DNA of 62,977 nucleotides, counting the filler, from Rhabdomonas costata (taxonomy: Eukaryota): NCBI GenBank assembly GCA_019059605.1. It is 29 parts of 29 records of this genome, joined end to end, with 100 filler letters (N's around TTAATTAATTAA, not from the genome) between each part and the next. Parts side by side here need not be neighbours in the genome. Positions count along the whole stretch, not along the records: positions 49,982 to 52,064 come from JAHMHO010005796.1; positions 52,165 to 54,247 come from JAHMHO010005797.1; positions 54,348 to 56,429 come from JAHMHO010005798.1; positions 56,530 to 58,613 come from JAHMHO010005799.1; positions 58,714 to 60,795 come from JAHMHO010005800.1; positions 60,896 to 62,977 come from JAHMHO010005801.1; 23 more parts are not named here. One strand, given 5' to 3'. The notes under the pieces were generated by a model that was given only the letters and a program-made list of their open reading frames with translations, ran no database searches and was not told where the DNA came from. Both the position numbers and the translations under genes were made by a program. Below are positions 50,535 through 61,426 of the stretch, piece after piece (the first letter of the stretch is position 1; each line of letters begins with the position of its first letter).

Positions 50535-51010
50535 GGGAGGAAAAAAGGAAGCGAGGCTTGCTCCGACAAACCTCGCTTTCTCGTGCTGTGTGCTATTGGC
50601 GGACTGTCTACCATCGTTTGTTCCCTTTTATATCCTTTTTTTTCGGGACGATTGTACGATTTCCGTGGACTTTGTGCGAACCGTGGTGCTCGGTGCCTGG
50701 ATTGACACGAGCATCCTTTTGAATTATGTGAGATTTGCAGCCCTGGCTTCTTCAAATTATACTAACGCTTGGGGGCGTCCGCCCAACTCAGACCGCCCAA
50801 CTGCAATCTCGCACGTTTGAGTGATTTCTGATCTGACTGTGTGTTCACCAAGAGACTCTCCCCGCAAGCACTGCTCGTGAGAAGCGTTGACATCAACACA
50901 CAGGAATCCTAATTGGAAGCATAAGACTCATGGTTTGTGTTGTGCGTCGGCTGTTCAGCTCATTGCTTTTTTATCGCTATTGTTTTGTTGGTTCAAGACC
51001 TTCAAGGCAG

Positions 51011-51383
51011 ATGATAACTGTGGCTTATCCGGACGGGTCGAGGTATGAAGGGGAGTTGAGCGAAGGCCGGAAGCACGGGCAAGGCAAGTTCATCTGGCCC
51101 GACGGCTCCTCGTACAGTGGGATGTGGGCCAACGACAAGCCCCATGGTCGTGGGATGAAAACTTTGAAGGTCGAGGGCAGGAGGGGAGAGTTGAAGGAGG
51201 AGGAATACGACGGGGAGTGGCTGAACGGCGTGAAAAATGGGAAAGGAAGGCAGAAATACACCAACCTCGCCGTGTACGACGGAGACTGGCGGGACGACCG
51301 CAGGCATGGCTTGGGGGAGCTCACCACTCAGGACATGCGCGTGCTCTATGGGACCTGGGAGGCGGATAAGTTTACCGGCCCAG
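51011..51383 (+). CDS. MORN-repeat exon (about 5 repeats)
   Basis: YEGELSEGRKHGQG, YSGMWANDKPHGRG, YDGEWLNGVKNGKG, YDGDWRDDRRHGLG, LYGTWEADKFTG. Confidence 0.93.
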
Positions 51384-51769
51384 GTCTCGTGCCACACGCC
51401 CATCTGGTGCCCCGCCGCCGCCCTGTTCCATGGAGTTTTTGCAAGGATTGCTCCTGTGAGCATGTTCTGCGCTAGCACCCCCGCGTTTGCAGACTTTGAA
51501 TTGGATTGGCGTCCCGTTTTTGTCCTGGCAGGTCAACCTCTTGCAAGGAGGGAGGAAAGGTGATCGCTTTTCCTGGTGACCATGTATCTGAGTAGTGTTT
51601 GTCGTGGGAACGGTTCTGGCTCCCGCTGCATCACTCTTGAGCGTTTGAAACACCTTTTACTCAAAGCTTGAGACGAACGCAATAATGAACCTTTCCGTAG
51701 TTGTTGATTGAGTTGAGACCCTAGTTCTTTTTTTTTGGGGGGGGGGATGTTCCCCAACAAAATCAAAAG

Positions 51770-52058
51770 CGCTGCCCGAGTTCGCAGACTTCCGCAGGGA
51801 ACACCCCAGCTATGATGCCGACGCTATGGTCACCCTTCGCATGAAGGAGTTCGGGCGCCTGTGCAAGGCCAACTCCGATGTGTATTTAGATTACACCGGC
51901 GCTGGGCTGTATAGCGAGCGGACGCAATTGTTAGGATTCACGGGGCTTCTTTTGGGAAACGTGCTGGGCAACACGCACTCCATTAACTCTACCTCGGAGC
52001 GCACCAGCTACCTTGTGGAGAAAGCCCGAGAGGCGGTGCGCTCATACTTTAACGCACC
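51770..52058 (+). CDS. Molybdenum cofactor sulfurase-like (class V PLP / NifS-like) N-terminal domain, cut by contig end
   Basis: LRMKEFGRL..VYLDYTGAGLYS..GNTHS..S..LVEKAREAVRSYFNAP is the characteristic MOCOS/ABA3/HxB N-terminus. Confidence 0.9.
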
Positions 52059-53701
52059 AAAACANNNNNNNNNNNNNNNNNNNNNNNNNNNNNNNNNNNN
52101 NNNNNNNNTTAATTAATTAANNNNNNNNNNNNNNNNNNNNNNNNNNNNNNNNNNNNNNNNNNNNGTTTTGTGTTGTTCAACTGCCCCTCTGAATGCCGAT
52201 TTTTAAACCCGTTTTTTAACCTTTTTTTTTGCTTTGGGTCTGCTCTTTGCCCCTTCCAATTTCCGGCGATTCTGTTGCCGCTGGCTTGGGTCAACCTGAC
52301 CCCTCCTTGGAAATGCACTCTGCCCTGCCTGCCATAGCCAGGGGAACCCTCTCCAGAATTGTTTGTAATCAAGATGATTAAGAGATTATTTCATGGATGA
52401 GGTGCCCGCAACCGAAGGCCGCGACGCGCTCTGGGTGCTCTTTTGTCTCCCCCGAAAGCGACGTCTTACTACCCTCCCTATCTCCACACTCTCTGGTGAA
52501 AGCGAGGTAAAAAACGACAGTGCTTACTAACACCTTTTGAAAGACGACGGTGACTAGAACTTCTCTGCGCACTATCGTCTTTTCCCTATCAATATCATTA
52601 TCGTTTTGGATCTTGAATTTTTGTTGAAAAGGGATAACATTTTTGCCCAGTATTTCGACCGTTTAACGGTGTGTAACGTGTAACGCACTCCCCTCCCCAA
52701 ATTAAAAGAGAGCCCCACACTCTGGTGCACCGTGCCCACACCGAACGGAAACTGCTGCGATAGAGAAGTCCACGAGAACCCTGGCACAGTGCAAAACCAG
52801 GCCGAACACAAAGAAGGCCACAGTGATTCCGTGCTCGGCACAGCTATGACTCGTCAGAGTTGCCGGGCCCCAGCCGTAGCTGCGCAACAAAGGAATTTGA
52901 CAGCATGCATGGACAAGTGGTAGGTTTTGACCCATTCCATTTCATAATGCTCTTCTCTAATGCTCTTCTCTAATGCTCTTCTTTTCCAACCCCTCCCCCA
53001 TTTGTCACGTGGCGCAATATCTGCGCACAAAGTTGATGGTGATTGTGGAATATTCCCATCGCTCGAGGCAATATCTTGTCCAAGGATAACGCACACATTA
53101 GCAAAGCGTTCCCAAGAGCGTCTTTGCATCTCCAGCCCTCTTGTGGGAAAGCTGATCTGCCCTCCCCTGCTTTAATCATAGTTCATCTCACTCACCTCAG
53201 GCTATGTGTTCAAAACCATAGTCATTATAAAAACTTCCACATTCCACGTTTCGCTAAACTTTCTCCACATTCGTTAGCATGCGGAATGGGGCAACCGAGA
53301 AGGACGCTTCCGGCAATGTCTCCTCTCTTCCCTCGTAAGCAATCCACAATGTACTTCGAAACCTTTTTTCCGGTTCCATTGCGCAGGCAGGAAGGAGGAC
53401 GGTGGTGGTGGTGGGGATTCATAATTTCTACACGGTGAGTGGAAATCAGAAAACCATACAAAAGCACCTTATTCAGTTTAACAGCGTAAACTGTTTTATG
53501 TTGATCAATGGTGAGAGGAGGGGGAGGTCCTCGTTCACGTTGAGGGGACGCCATGGCTGTGCCTCGAGTGTCAGAATGACTGTGAGGTGATTCTAGGTTG
53601 GACCTATTGAGTTTCGCTTACAGTTTTGCTACATGCAATGCAGCGAGTGTATTCTGGCGGATTTTTACATTACAAGCAGGAGTGACGGTGTGGGTGCGCA
53701 G

Positions 53702-53857
53702 GCCAAGCCCAAGCCTAAGCCCAAGCCGGAGGAGAAGGCTCCTGAGCCGAAGGCAGAGCCAAAGGAAAAGGAGAAGGAGAAAGAGAGGGAGCCTGAGAGG
53801 CCAGCGACGAAGGAGGAAGAGGAGGAGGGACGGCACAAAGACAAGGGCAAGGACAAG
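53702..53857 (+). CDS. Lys/Glu/Pro-rich low-complexity exon
   Basis: CAG/GT-bounded AKPKPKPKPEEKAPEPKAEPKEKEKEKEREPER..KDKGKDK with G/C-ending codons. Confidence 0.6.
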
Positions 53858-54897
53858 GTCAGCCTGCCACGCGTCCCCGAGGACGAGGGCTCTCCCCATC
53901 ACAAGACGCCAGGTGTCCAACCTCCTCTTCCCAGCTCTTTGTGGATTGAGTGCAGAATTCGCTGGCTGAGGCAATCCCCTGTTAAAAAACATTGAACGGC
54001 TATGGTGCTGTGTGCACGTCTTCTCGGTGACCCCCTCCCCCTGCAATGGAGGTTTCCACCCAGCTGGATTCAGGTTTCACATCGACGGGCGCTCACGTCC
54101 TTGAAACGCAAACCGAGCTGACTTTTATCCTTTCTGGGGCACCATGCCAAATCCCCGGTGGGGGAGGAGGAGGAGGGGCATACAAGAGAACGGGAGTGAA
54201 TAGAGGAGCCCCCCTACAAGATCACCACCAGCATTAAAACACCACACNNNNNNNNNNNNNNNNNNNNNNNNNNNNNNNNNNNNNNNNNNNNTTAATTAAT
54301 TAANNNNNNNNNNNNNNNNNNNNNNNNNNNNNNNNNNNNNNNNNNNNGGGTGGTGTGTGCACTGTCGTTAGTTGCGGTTATGGTGGTTCAGACAGTTTTG
54401 AGAGACAGGTTTCGTTTCCTTGAAGTCGAGCAGCATTGAATGCACGTACGCACAGAAAGGAATATCGGTTTTCCTGATGTGCAAATGGAAAGAAAGAAGC
54501 AAGAAGTTTTCCCCTTTTAGGCACTGCCGTGGGATGCTCATATTATTGATCCGCGATCCTGACTGCAGGCAGCACGCAAAGAGAACATTACTGACCGACG
54601 TTTGCTGCAACATTATCGACGGCAGCAAACGATTTTTGGTTTGGTAATAATTCCATGCGCTTTGCTCCTTTTCACACCTTTTCCTCTCATGGTTTTCTTC
54701 CATTAAGGTCATTGAGCACATTTGTTTTCTTCGGCGTGTGGCTGTGATGGGTACCAGTGGGAATGAAAAAGTGACGGGGATGTTTCCGCACTGGTGTGGC
54801 TTAAGACCACGGTGCAGCAGCTGCTGCTGATGCGACGTTGGGTTGCCCTTGGGCGTCATACCCGTGCTGAGGTTTTTTCTGTGGTGGTCCTACACAG

Positions 54898-55061
54898 GTG
54901 GGCACCGTGGGCGAGCCCCTGACATATCCGCCCAGCAGCGAGGACGACGAGTACGGGTGGATCTGTGTGATGGGCGGCTCGGAGAAGGAGGCACGTCAGG
55001 CCCAGACGCGGGTGGTGGCGCGGTGGGTGGAGTACTGGGAGAAGTGCCTCGCGGACTCTGG
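54898..55061 (+). CDS. Single exon of an unidentified protein
   Basis: CAG/GT-bounded, GC3-rich VGTVGEPLTYPPSSEDDEYGWICVMGGSEKEARQAQTRVVARWVEYWEKCLADSG. Confidence 0.6.
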
Positions 55062-56545
55062 GTGAGGGCACCCACCCACCACACCCATCCACCTCCGTCG
55101 GATCCTGTCCTCTCTCACGCTGTCCTCCTCCTCTTCCTCTTCCTCCTCTCCTGCCGCACTCCATCTCCGAACCCTTTCCGCCCACGGGTGTGTATGTGCC
55201 GGACCCGATTCCGGCATCTTTCGGCTCGATTGGCTTTGCGGGAGTGTTCCACCCGTGTTTTCTGCCTGCCTTCGGTTTGTTTGCGCTATAGTATACTTCG
55301 ACGCATGGCCGACTTCTTCTTCAGTGCTGTTTCAGTGCCCTTGTTCGCAGTGGGCCCTTCCTCTTCTTGACACAGAAGAAGAGGAAGGCAGTTAACGGAG
55401 GGTGTGCGACCAAAGGGTGGTTGGGCAAGAGAGGGTCGGGTGTTGGCGAAGTGTGCAGAAGCTGCCCAGGCACAGGCTTTGATTGCATCCATCGTGCCTA
55501 ATTTGCCGTTGCTGTGCGAGGATGAAGTTCGTGTGCAGTAGTACCTGTTATGGGGAGAGTACACCTCCTAACAAGGCCCAATGATGCAAATACCTTCTTC
55601 TGCGCTTCCGTTTTTTGCATTCTGCATCGCTTTTGAAAATTCGGAATGCTTCGCCCGCTCTGCTCCCATCACAGGTATCCTGCCTTTCTTTGTTCCGTCG
55701 GTGTACTTGCAGTTTGCTGTGTCTGGCTTTCTTGTTTCCTTCTCCCCAAGAATCTCTCTGCTCTGTAAGGGGCTCTGGACACTTTTTCGCCACTGTTTCG
55801 GGCACACGCGAGGTTTGCCTCCCTGGGTGTTCCTTTGCCCATGCTCGGTGAGCAGTGAGGGGGAAGGGAATCAGAGACGCCTGTGGCTACCTGGGCAGCA
55901 CATGTTTACAATGGATGTTCAGTGCTGTCTGCTGTGCTGCAAGGCTGATGCGGAGGGGAGAGAGGGGTTATAGGGTTGGGGGTTGTGCGGCGGCGCATCG
56001 GAACTCCCAACTGCTTCCGCCTCATATGTTATGGCGGCCATCCTGATTTTCGCGAACTCAAGGCGACGAGCCACCAACCTACCACAGCTCTAGGATAAAA
56101 AAGACCAGGGACACACAAATGAACACAAACGCGGCATCAGAGCCAACCGCATTCCTACAAGAAAAGATGAAACTAACTAAATAGCCTCTTGAAGACGATG
56201 GCCAATACTTAGGGTCTGAGGAGACGTTGCTCTGAATTTCGGGTGCAACGATTAGTGGTCCAACCCTCTCTCCCTCAACTGCTGGCCAAGTCAGGAAATT
56301 CCGGGCAACCAAAGGCAACCCGCCGCGGCGCTGGCCTTCGCACCTACACCAATCGAATCTCATTGTATTGCCACCTCCTGGGTAACGCTCATCGCCCTTG
56401 CATTCTGACCTACACGTTTAACACCACAANNNNNNNNNNNNNNNNNNNNNNNNNNNNNNNNNNNNNNNNNNNNTTAATTAATTAANNNNNNNNNNNNNNN
56501 NNNNNNNNNNNNNNNNNNNNNNNNNNNNNTGTTTTCTGTGCAAAG

Positions 56546-57170
56546 GCCCGAGCTACTTCCTGAACGCTATCGTCGCCCTGTACGCCGTGGTGAACGGGTA
56601 CATGGATGACGTGAAGCTGCAGTACAGCAAGTTCTACGAGTACCTTCTGGTCAACAAGGACCTGCCGGTGGATGCACCCACTCAACCCCACCACCACCAG
56701 AACAAGGGGGGCAGGGGGGTGAAACATAGGGGACCTGAAAGGCGTACCCGTTTTCACGCCCCTGGACAAAGTTTATTTTGTCGAAAACGCACTGTACCCT
56801 TCAGAAGGACAGTTGCACTCACTCCACCTTCATTTCCACAGGTGCTGTACAACCAGGCCTCCAACAAGTCCTTCTACATGTACAACAAGAACCTGAACTA
56901 CTTTGTTCGCTTCTTTGGGCTCAACCACGAGATCCTGGAGAAGGAGGTGAACGGCTACCTGCAGGTGTGTATGGGGAGAGGCTTCACGCCACCATGACTC
57001 ACATTTTGTTCTGCCCAAACACAGTACCTTTTCGCTGTGTCTTTTCCTTTTTTATTTTTGTTTCTTCATTCAGTCCCACAGCGACCTCTTCATTGACCAC
57101 TACCAGGCCCGCATGAACCTGCTGACCACGGATGCTGACCTGGTGCAGCTGAAGAACCTGCTGTACGCCT
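56546..57170 (+). CDS. Unidentified helical Tyr/Asn-rich protein; exons 56546-56667, 56842-56964, 57107-~57170
   Basis: Very strong GC3 bias. In-phase splice gives SYFLNAIVALYAVVNGYMDDVKLQYSKFYEYLLVNKDLP|VLYNQASNKSFYMYNKNLNYFVRFFGLNHEILEKEVNGYLQ|ARMNLLTTDADLVQLKNLLYA. Confidence 0.75.
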
Positions 57171-59223
57171 GCAAGCGATGCGTGTAAAGGTTCCACGAAA
57201 GACCCAGAATCAGGAGGCCTCCGGAGGGAAGGGAGGGAACCTTGAGAGTTCTCCTCTCCCACGTCGCAGCTATACATTCGCCACATCCCCTTTCACTCTC
57301 CCTCGTCTTCCTCTTCTGCGTAACCTTTTGCGTCACTTCGTCACACACACCGTCCTGCTCTGTGGGTGAGAGTGGAGCTGCCAGTGCCGTCGCCACAATC
57401 TTGCGCCACCTCTTTTGAGCCCATCTCCTTGACACAGGCTTATATATCCCCTCCTCCGGATGCACTCACATTTGATATGCGCCCGCGGCACTGTGCGAAG
57501 GAGTGGGATGGATTGGGGGCGGCCCCTCCTGAAAGGACAACGAGGCCTCTTTTTTTTGCACACAGGGGTGGTACTTTTTGCTGGAAACAGGAAAATTGGC
57601 TCTGGCTGAACAACCTCTCCACAATAATGCAGTTTTTTTTTCGGGACGGCAGGTCTAGATAGGTATCAATGATGACCACAGCGGTTTTGTCCAGAACCTC
57701 GGGCAGGCAAGCCATAAACAAACAAGCATGTATAAAATGGGGCCTCAGCGGACCCAGGAATGAAAGGCAAATCCGTTTCAGGCGCCGACGAATCAAAGGG
57801 AGCGTCTCGGACATTTCGAAAGTCTTGTGCTGTTTTCATTTTGTAGTCATAATTGTTTTGGTAGAGGATCAGCAGGCTTCAAGAGAAGCGAGGGGGAAAC
57901 ACGCAAACGCGAATCCCAGCAGCAATGCCCGCACCGCGGTCCTCTTTTTTGATAGCTTCGAGTTAAATGTCCCCATTGCATATTCGGTCAAACGTCTCCG
58001 AGTGCGGTTGTGCCCCTTTCTTTTCCCCATCTTTTCAGCCGGGAGAGTAGTAACAAGTGTGATAACCACCGGTGCCCACTTCGGACCAGCAACCACTCTT
58101 TTTGGAAACGCGGATCCCGCGTGAAAGGACGATGCTTCCAACCACGGCCCGAAAGAAGGGCCGAGGACATCGTTTTTCCGCAACAAAGGGGTTGGAACTG
58201 AAAAAGGCTTGTTTTCCGAAGGGTGCGGTGTCCGAAAAGGGTGGCCCCCATCTTGCCGGGTTTGGGTTGTGTTTTTAACAGTTTTCACCTTTTAGTTGAT
58301 TTTTGAGTTATGGATACCCATCGGCTCGGCCTTCTGTCTGGCCACTTACATGTCCCGGTGGGTTCAAAAAGACCGGCTTGGGGCACACCGCGTTCCGAAC
58401 ACCTGCGACGCGCGTTGGGCGCTGCCGGGGCTTACCTTGGTGTACAATCAAGTGCCTGGCTTTGATTACACTCAGCCGCCTTTCGCGGCGCGGGGCGCCG
58501 TCCTTCGCGACAACCGCTTTTCCTCGGTGACCTGACGGTTGTGGTGCTTTCTCTTCCTGCTGTGGTGGCGGGGCTACGAGGGTGCGATGGTGCGCAAGCT
58601 TTGGCTCCAAAACNNNNNNNNNNNNNNNNNNNNNNNNNNNNNNNNNNNNNNNNNNNNTTAATTAATTAANNNNNNNNNNNNNNNNNNNNNNNNNNNNNNN
58701 NNNNNNNNNNNNNGTTGGGGTTGGGGAGGTGTCCACCCCCTTTGAGCCGCTTCCAGCTCCAAACGCCCCGAAGAAGGCCAAGGCAACCAAGCGGTATGCT
58801 ATTCTTACTTTTGTCTTGGCAAACCTGAGCTGGGTTCCGTCAGGCTTCAGGATTGTTTTTTTTGTTAAAATAGCTTTTTTTATCTTTTTCTTAAAGAACT
58901 CAGGCTTTTTTGCAGCACTTTCCGCTTGTCGGCTGTCTCCAACCGTGTCCAAGTCCTTCGGTTTCAATCTCCGAATAAAAAGCTGCAAAATGGTGCGAAT
59001 TGCGTGTCTTTCTCTTGTTTATGGTCTTCTGTGGTGTTGCTTGAGTTTGTTACAGGGTTGCAAGAAAAAAACCCCCAGAACACGTTTTACGAACCGCTCC
59101 ATCCGCAATAAGAGGATGTTCAGAAGAAGGCACTTGATGATGCGAATGGCAAAATCAACACCTACCTTTCTGCTTCACCGCTTGTGGTTCACGCCTGTTT
59201 CTCTGTTCTGGATCCTCAGCAAG

Positions 59224-59475
59224 GTCCCCGTGAGCGCTGCGGAGTGGGCAGTGGTGCAGGAGCTGGTTCGGCTTCTGGAGGACCCCGGGGTGAACTCCCA
59301 CCAGGGCAGCATGAACCTGGACCGGCTGAGGTTCCTGGTCAGTCAGGGCCTCCCGGAGGCCTACGCCGAGGTCGTGGAGGCCGGCGGGGGGGACAAGCCC
59401 ACGCTGTGGAGCGGTCTCCTTCGCCGCCACCGTGGCACTCTGGGGATGGTCCCGAGCACCTCCGGCCCGAGGCGG
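59224..59475 (+). CDS. Exon with a winged-helix-like domain related to the 17566-19199 protein; upstream exon ~58727-58793
   Basis: EWAVVQELVRLLEDPGVNSHQGSMNLDRLRFLVSQGLPEAYAEVVEAGGGDKPTLWSGLLRRHRGTL. GC3-rich and AG/GT-bounded. Confidence 0.65.
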
Positions 59476-60921
59476 GTATGCGGTCTATCAAAGGAGACTT
59501 TCCCCCCGCTGTTTTTTTTCTCTTGTGGAGTCCCAGAACTCTCGCAGAACTCTCAAAACGGGAGTGAAGAACCTCGTTCCAAGCACTAAGACTTTTTGTG
59601 TGAGAAGTGGGGGTATTGTTAAAGTCCACAGCGAGGACATGCCTTATGACAAGGTGAGATTTCAATTGGAAAAACAAGAAACAAGAAAGCTGTTGAACTT
59701 GAAAGAGAGAGAATGATCATTTTACCCCCGGAAAAATTGAAATATATGAAAATTTCTCATAATTCCATCTCATAATTCCAGTCAGTCGGATGTGCTCTTC
59801 TTTTCACAAGCTATGTCCCGCTGTTTGGCGACATGGGTGTGTGGGTCATTTATGGAAAAGGGGCATATGAGGTAACAACTGCGAATTTTTGGTTTCTTTT
59901 CGCCCTTATTATTTTCCTTACACCCTTTATATTTCTTACTTATGACTTTTCTATTCTCACTTCAACGGAGCATCTCTTCGGAACGCCTTCTGCAAAAGCA
60001 TAGGTTCTTTCATGTTCAAACCACCACCCGCATCACCTGTTCCTGAAGTGGGTGTTGGCACTTCCTGGCAAAGCCACCTTTGGAAAAAAAAAACCGAAGT
60101 TCGCAGATAGGCGGATGGACACCAAAACCGAGGCTAACTTCTTTACCTCCCTCACGGAATGAGCGCATGTTTAAGAATCTCGGACGATCAGTGGGGGGGG
60201 GGGGGCAAGCAACTTTAGACGTCAACAAGCGGCGACAAGGCGACTGCAATCTCAACCCTTCCTAGAAACAAGGCCAAGAAAAGCAAACGGCCATCCAACC
60301 CATGCCATGCAACGGGTAGCGGGAGTGGCAGGGACCTCAAACGTCACCTGCCCTCCATCCCCCCTGTCACTTGCAGCCGTTCCTTGATACAGGAAACCGG
60401 ACGCATGGGGTCACCGAGCAAACTCGTAGAGAGGAGGCGGCAAAACTCACCCCTCAAACCACACATCCACACCACACCACACCCACTACGGTTAAGTTTG
60501 TTGCCCCCCCCCCTTCTAGCAACGCAGATGCTGGTCCGGAAACACATTCTTTTTTCAATGCTATGAATTCTTCATCAATTTTGTAATTCAAAATTTTTAT
60601 AGCGTCTCATTCTGTTTCTGGCTTGTCATGTCGTGGCTGTGTCGTCGTTTTGCTCTTCACGAGGATTGCAACGTGTTTCTTGGCACTCACAAACAGAAAA
60701 GTTCTGGTTAAGGACAGCATAGATGGCATTGGACAACACAGATGGAAAAAAGAAGAATATGAAGAATACAAAAAAACCTAAACTCACCCAACACANNNNN
60801 NNNNNNNNNNNNNNNNNNNNNNNNNNNNNNNNNNNNNNNTTAATTAATTAANNNNNNNNNNNNNNNNNNNNNNNNNNNNNNNNNNNNNNNNNNNNTGTGT
60901 TGGGGCAGGGGGAAAATCAAC

Positions 60922-61426
60922 CTCTCGCAATGAGCCTGGAGCTGAAGCACTTCCCCTCTCTTTGCCAGGTGGCGCTGGTAGTACGCGAAGGCCTGCTGCA
61001 GCTGAGCAGTGTTGCGGATCGGAATCGGAACCCCACCCTTTGATAGTAAGAATGCGGAGTGTGAAGCGATGAATGCCGCAAAGGTGAGAAAACCAGTCGT
61101 GGAGAAAACTGAGGTACAGGGTGAAACCAGGTAGAACCAAACCCCCAAAATAGCACGGCTCAGAATGAGCGCAACGCGCGGCGATGCAAGATGCGTCTTG
61201 TTGCTTCTGCGAAAGAAAGGAACTGAATAAACCCGCGTGAGAATGGGCACAGAGACCCACCCTTACCCCCGCACATACGTACTTGCTCGCTGTAAGACAA
61301 GTGTGTGAAAGTCTCGCAGCCCGCTGCTCGTGCGTCGGCTTTCAGCTTCTCAAAAGTCGTTTCCTGTGCCTGCGTGAGGGTGACGCCTGGGTGATCCCGG
61401 GAAACGGCCTTCAGCTTTACTAAAAC
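60922..61426 (-). CDS. PB1-like domain; exons 61426-61283, 61037-60922
   Basis: VLVKLKA..TTFEKLKADARAAG..HLSYSEQ|GGVPIPIRNTAQLQQAFAYY..VLQLQAH fits the PB1 pattern (VK, FxxL, LxYxDxEGxxIxI, LxxA, LxLxV). Confidence 0.6.

Larger units (their letters stand above)
2086..60895. other. 28 artificial 100-nt contig spacers (N44-TTAATTAATTAA-N44); first at 2086-2185, last at 60796-60895
   Basis: The identical N-flanked 12-mer, with stops in all six frames, recurs about every 2.18 kb. Flanking sequences are unrelated. Confidence 0.99.

Noticed and set aside
52946..52983. 13-nt tandem repeat (TAATGCTCTTCTC) x3
   Set aside because: A short minisatellite with no spacers and no functional signal.
2086..60895. 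Regularly spaced TTAATTAATTAA as a CRISPR-like or biological repeat
   Set aside because: It is always embedded in N44 runs and is an artificial joining linker.
2658..61426. Euglenid non-conventional (non GT-AG, stem-forming) introns
   Set aside because: Every junction I could fix by homology is explained by GT-AG. Two possible GC donors are reported separately.
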